DNA of 64,000 nucleotides from Paraspadella gotoi (lineage: Eukaryota; Animalia; Chaetognatha), in contig CM119268.1 of assembly GCA_051294375.1 (NCBI GenBank), forward strand, positions 3,559,258-3,623,257. The letters run 5' to 3'. Positions 58,393 to 64,000 of this stretch are shown here, in pieces. Under the pieces are notes generated by a model. It had not been told where the DNA came from and did no database searches. It saw only the letters and a program-made list of their open reading frames with translations. Both the position numbers and the translations under genes were made by a program. The stretch's first letter is position 1. Each line of letters opens with the position of its first letter.

Positions 58393-58710
58393 AAGAGAGA
58401 AGAGAGAGAGGTGAAGAGAGANNNNNNNNNNNNNNNNNNNNNNNNNGAGAGAGAGAACTTAGCGAGGAAAAAAAGTAGGAATAAGCGGAAAGTAAGTTAA
58501 AGTAAGAACGGAGAGTTTTTTGCGCGCGTTTTTTTTATCGCGACAATAATAACAACAACAACAACAACAACAAGAAAATAAAAAGTGCGGACCGTCGGGC
58601 ACGAAAATGCTTGAAGGAAAACCCCCGCGCATATTGGCCCCTCGTTGGCTTTTAAACTGGCGCCAATATAAGAAGAGCTCTTTCCCATTCCGCTTGCGTC
58701 CAAACAAGAA

Positions 58711-58865
58711 CCGATCGTAGGATCGTATTTCCATCCAATCATCGAGAGGGGATTTTCAGCCAATCATGGACGGGGGATTTTTCGGCCTATCATCGCGAAG
58801 AGGGGATTTCCAGGTAATCTTCATCTGGAGATTTTCAGCCAATCATCGGTGGGGTGTATTTTCAG
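58711..58865. repeat. 25-28 bp minisatellite (5-6 units) carrying CCAAT and GGGGATTTT/CC motifs
   Basis: Unit about CCAATCATCGAGAGGGGATTTTCAG. Confidence 0.75.
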
Positions 58866-59084
58866 AAAAATTACAAAATGCTTAAATATTTCTTGATATC
58901 ACTTTTTTTTTCGTGACAACCTCTGGCATTTTTTTCCCTAGCGATTCTCAGGATTTGGCTTTTCGACCAATCGACGAAGGAAAAAAGTCAAAAACCCAAT
59001 TTTCTCGTTTTGACCATTTTCATTTTGGAGGCGAGCTCTCATAACCGAGTCGACTCGCCTCTAAAAAAAACCTGGGAGAGAGAA

Positions 59085-59149
<65 letters not shown>

Positions 59150-59292
59150 GACCTTTTTTTCCTTTCCTCAACCAGATATGAAGTATTTTCGGGGTCAGGA
59201 ACGGGGTCAACCCAGTGTGAAAAATGCCCAAGCTCTCTCTTGGGGCATGGGCGGGGTTAAGACATTCATGAGGCTCGAAAGGAAAGGATCGT

Positions 59293-59361
59293 TTGAGTGG
59301 TCAGTTGAGTGGTCAGTTGAGTGGTCAGTTGAGTGGTCAGTTGAGTGGTCAGTTGAGTGGG
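59293..59361. repeat. 12-bp tandem repeat (GAGTGGTCAGTT)x5-6
   Basis: Direct reading. Confidence 0.9.
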
Positions 59362-60110
59362 TCATGTGGTATGTGGATGATGTCGTGTGGAGGGTTAATT
59401 TATTTGTTTAAATAAATGTATTATGTATTGATACGTTTTATATGGGGAGGGAGAGAGAATGAGAAAGATGAAAGTTTTAATTCCAGAATAACATGAAAAA
59501 GGGGAGATGATTATGAAACTGGTACAACCAATATAAAATTAGCCATTCATTTAATAAACAAGCTATCTGGCCTCCAGAAAATCTATGGTTTTTTAAGTGC
59601 TGTTTTAATTTTATGAAAGAACCTTAAAGTACTATCGTACTATCGCACTGCTGTGGTTTTGAGCTCAGTCTACTTGCTCGGTAGGCTGGGCTTATACTGA
59701 CAGTTGAGAAAAGGAAACGGTGGGAACCAAGTTGTTGACATAGAAGTGGTAAGTTCACATCTGAGATGAGACAGGTAGGTGAGGTAAACTTGGAAAGACG
59801 ACGACGCCTTAGATGTGAAGGGCAAAAGAAGAGGAAAAAGGAAACGTAATAAATTAAAGGAAAACAAAAAAAAAAGAAAGGAATTGAAGAAAAAGGAGGC
59901 AGGAAGGTAAGGGAGACACACCATAGAGTACGGAAAAACAGTAGACTGGGACGAGGTGAGTTTAAGGAGCGAGGATGGAGAAGAAGTCGTTGAGCCATCC
60001 ATCAAAAATGTTGAGCTTGGAGATAATGAGAGAGAACGAGTGGATAACATCCATATATCCCGAGATGAAAGAAAAGTTGTATGTAAGTATGTAGTAAGGC
60101 GTAGTGAAGT

Positions 60111-60743
60111 TACATACAAAAATTTTTAAAAAGTCAATTATGAACAACATACACATCAGTGAACATTAATTTATAAAGAAAATTAATTTTATGTCTTTTT
60201 AAATTTTCGTACAGTAAGGTTATATTTATATATAGTACTATCCTTATAAAATCGAAAAATTTTCAAAATAGGCTTTTCTTAAATTTTGATTTCAGATTTG
60301 AATTACCTCGTCAAAAGTTGATAAAGAAAAATATATCATTTTTAAAAATTCTTTCATTAAGTGGAGTTAAAAAATTAAAAAAAACTATATTTTATTATAT
60401 AAAAAGTTAATTTTCAGTTTTAAAATATAGCTTTTTCTAATTTTTGACCACACTTAATGAAGGAATTTTCAAAAAGAGTTATATTTCTTTTTATCAACTT
60501 TTATGACGAATCCAAATCTGCAAAAATATCTTAGAAAAAAACTGTTTTGAAATTTTAACATTTATTTGGTTTTAGTCTAGTATTAAATATGGCGCTAGAC
60601 TGCGTATCAAATTGAAAACAATAAAATTATTATAAAGTTTTTTTAATACATAAATGTCATTAGTATAAATGTGTTTGTCCTTACTTTTTAGAATTTTAAT
60701 TAAGTAAATTTACAAAATTTTACTAAAACGCCCTTTGTATGTA
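60111..60743. mobile_element. Palindromic MITE-like element with TA flanks (Tc1/mariner type)
   Basis: TA|CATACAAA ... TTTGTATG|TA ends; long imperfect inverted arms (e.g. 60260-60395 vs 60421-60556) around a short spacer. Confidence 0.6.
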
Positions 60744-61448
60744 GTTTAGAGACAGATAGTAAAGTAAATATAAGGAATGCAAAGGAAAGGAAAGGAAAAC
60801 ACCTTTTTTTTTAACTCACAAAGTCAAGTAAAAGTATCTATGTTAAGACGAAGGAAGCGTGTCATCGTCACGAGGGCAAAGTGAAATTGTCTCTGGGAAG
60901 GCGACCCGGAAAAATGTTCATGTCACTTTGAAATTCCCTGGAGGCGACGAGAGACGCTCGCGGTCAACGAGAAAAAGGAGAGAGAGAAAAGGAGAGAGGG
61001 CGCGAAGGTTGATGCTGTGGCGTCTGCTGCATCCGTTGGAGCTGCGCTGTNNNNNNNNNNNNNNNNNNNNNNNNNNNNNNNNNNNNNNNNNNNNNNNNNN
61101 NNNNNNNNNNNNNNNNNNNNNNNNNNNNNNNNNNNNNNNNNNNNNNNNNNNNNNNNNNNNNNNNNNNNNNNNNNNNNNNNNNNNNNNNNNNNNNNNNNNN
61201 NNNNNNNNNNNNNNNNAAAAGTAAAAAGTTGAAACTCGATGAAATTGTTGGCAAGTTGGGATTTCAAGTTTCTTGAGGGTTGGTTGAAGAAGGCGAAAAA
61301 GCGAACAAAGACAAACATATAAATGAACAGCTGACCAAGGATATAACTGAACAAATTACTACAGCTGAAATCGACAAATTTTGTTTCTGATAATAATCTT
61401 GAATTATCTACAGTATGTATATTTGAATTTGATGTTTTAATGTTATAT

Positions 61449-61728
61449 TTGTAGTCGGGCATTGCCTAGGATCACCCCGCCTAGAATCATGACACTTTCA
61501 CTTGTGACCCGGTGGCTTATTGAGTAAAGCCATCAGCTCATGACCACTAGGTACCTACCGGTACCTACCCTGCGGGAAGCGTGAGGACGGTCGTAAGCCG
61601 CCTTGGGGGCATGGCAAACCCTCAAGCCTGGTTCCAAGCCCAGGGGCCCGTTCCATGGCTGCTAGAGGGGGGTTATAGAACTTACGGACATTCATCTTCA
61701 GCCCTCGTGGCGCCTTATCCACATATTT
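61449..61728 (+). mobile_element. SINE-like interspersed repeat, most complete copy
   Basis: Its reverse complement aligns by eye with 18076-18232 and 16783-16988 (shared GCAGCCATGGAAC..CCTGGGCTTGGAACCA..CGCCCCCAAGG.GGCTTACG, GGGTCAC, GCAATGCCCGACT). Confidence 0.6.
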
Positions 61729-63433
61729 GAAAATTTTCTCCAGTAAACTTTGAATTCTTTTTAAACCGCTAGATGTAATCGGCGAGAAAAATTCCGGGGG
61801 ATTTCTTGAGATAAGTCACATCCGGGTTATCCTACGTTTTCTACAGTGAGGTTATCGACCAGTGAAGCATCTCACGAAAAATGAGGGGAAAAAGGAGAAA
61901 GGCAAAGTTCGCGCTTTAGTGGAATTAGCAGTTAATGAGAAAACTCTCTGGTTTTCCAAGCTCAAGGCCGCCTCGAAAACAAGCTTCCAGGTTCAAGGCT
62001 TTCTCGTTTCCAAAGATTATTACCCGATGCACAATAAACTGTCTTTCTTTCGGTCCGGCCGCCTTGCCTTGAGCTCTTCTGCTCTCTCTCTTCTCTCTGT
62101 TCTCGGTCTCTCTCTTCTCTCAGCTACTTTCTTTCGTCGCCTTAACTCGCCAACGAGTGCCTAGTCTTTACAGCTCTTTTTGTCTGGATTTCTCGTCTCT
62201 TCGTCTCTTCTCTCTTTCTCTCTCTTCTCTTCTTCTCTCTTCTCTCCTCTCTCTCTCTGTCTCTCTCTCTTCTCTTCTCGCTCTCTCTCTCGTACTCTCT
62301 CTCTCTCTCTCCGCTCTTCTTTCTTCACNNNNNNNNNNNNNNNNNNNNNNNNNAGAGAGAGAGAGAGAGAAAGAGAGATAAAGAGAGCGAGAGAGAAGCT
62401 AAGGAGGGGCCGGACGAAAGAAAGACAGTTTATGTGATGGGAAATAATCTTTGGAACGAGAAAGCTTGAACCTGGAAACTTGGTCGAGGCGCCTTGAGCT
62501 TGGAAAACCAGAGAAGTAAGAAGATGAGGAGGAGGAAGAGGAGGAAGAGGAGGAGGAGGGACAAAGATAAAATGGATGAGTCCCTCATCGAAGAAGGAAG
62601 CGTCCGGAACCAGACCAGAACGGTGAGCGCCATCTCTCCTTTGGTGTTCACCCGTTTGTTTAATAACTCCCCTTAACCTACTTTATAAAAATATTTATCA
62701 TATTATAATATAATTTTAATTTTAATTATAATTTTAATAATGTAATGACTTTTGTTAATCAAAGAAAAACATTTTAAACTGAGTACAATATTGATTCTTA
62801 AGTATTTAACAATTATTTTACAAATATTCGTCTCTTCCACCTCACTTCCTTCCCACAATCAATTTTCATTTCATTCAATTTTATCTTTTTTAAAATTACT
62901 ATTCTAATATTTCTTTCTTCCTTCCACTTTCGACTTTTCTCTCTTCCCCTCTTTTCCTTTCTTATTTTCTCTCTTCCCCTCTTTTCCTTTCTTTTCACCT
63001 CTTCCTTNNNNNNNNNNNNNNNNNNNNNNNNNNNNNNNNNNNNNNNNNNNNNNNNNNNNNNNNNNNNNNNNNNNNNNNNNNNNNNNNNNNNNNNNNNNNN
63101 NNNNNNNNNNNNNNNNNNNNNNNNNNNNNNNNNNNNNNNNNNNNNNNNNNNNNNNNNNNNNNNNNNNNNNNNNNNNNNNNNNNNNNNNNNNNNNNNNNNN
63201 NNNNNNNNNNNNNNNNNNNNNNNNNNNNNNNNNNNNNNNNNNNNNNNNNNNNNNNNNNNNNNNNNNNNNNNNNNNNNNNNNNNNNNNNNNNNNNNNNNNN
63301 NNNNNNNNNNNNNNNNNNNNNNNNNNNNNNNNNNNNNNNNNNNNNNNNNNNNNNNNNNNNNNNNNNNNNNNNNNNNNNNNNNNNNNNNNNNNNNNNNNNN
63401 NNNNNNNNNNNNNNNNNNNNNNNNNNNNNNNNN

Positions 63434-63750
63434 GTGGTTACAAAAAGGGGTGAGGTTACAAAGCGGTAAATATTTAAAGAGAAAAGGTGGAGGTTAGAGG
63501 GATCGGGTTAAAGGTAGGAGGGTTAGAGCGGAAGAGGTTAGAGTGGAAAAAAATTTAACAGGGGATAAGGTTAAAGAGGGAGGTTACAAAAAGGGGGGAG
63601 AGGTTACAAAGCGTGAAATATTTAAAGAGAAAGAGTGGAGGTTAGAGGGATCAGGTTAAAGGTAGGAGGTAGGAGCGGAAGAGGTTAGAGAGGAAACAAT
63701 TTTACCAGGGGATAAGGTTAAAGAGGGAGGTTACAAATTGGAGAGGTTAA
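63434..63750. repeat. About 150-bp tandem repeat, 2+ units next to a gap
   Basis: GAGGTTACAAAGCG..AAATATTTAAAGAGAAA recurs at about 63452 and 63600. Confidence 0.85.
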
Positions 63751-64000
63751 AGAAAAGAAAGGGAGGAATTATGAAAAAAAAAGGTTAAAAAGACGCATTC
63801 GAAGTATTTTGTTGGGGGAAAGTAAGAAAAAGAAATGTTAATTTCATTGAAAATTTAATTAAACGTTGTTAGATTAAAGACTGAAGTAGTTACAGACAGA
63901 CTGAGTTTTTGCTCAAACGGACCGACGGATTGACAAACAGAAAATAAGACAGTCATGGCCTGACAAAAAATAGAAGAGAGATAGACAGAAAGAACGAAAG

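Noticed and set aside
61945-62512. Long inverted repeat resembling a foldback element
   Set aside because: Centred on a 25-N gap with indel-type differences; same signature as the other assembly fold-backs

Overview
Eukaryotic (invertebrate animal) genomic DNA, AT-rich and full of (AG)n microsatellites, from a gapped draft assembly with noisy long-read patches. Main content: (1) The 5' third of an outer-arm axonemal dynein beta heavy chain gene (DNAH9/11/17 family) on the minus strand. Its 23 GT-AG exons from 24658 to 8017 splice into an uninterrupted 1164-codon frame, an RFX X-box lies upstream, and the gene runs off the left end. (2) The 3' half of a TMTC4-like O-mannosyltransferase gene on the minus strand (54737 to 27223), whose middle exons appear 2-3 times in mixed orientation, most likely an assembly artefact. 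(3) A START-domain lipid-transfer gene nested antisense in a dynein intron. (4) Two identical tRNA-Arg(ACG) genes in adjacent dynein introns. (5) SINE, MITE and transposon relics. The most interesting signal is a pair of frame-preserving micro-exons (48 nt and 30 nt) in dynein intron 12. They share a VAGxK peptide, and the 48-nt one has downstream GCATG motifs, suggesting regulated dynein tail isoforms. All calls come from manual translation and recalled family motifs; no searches were run.
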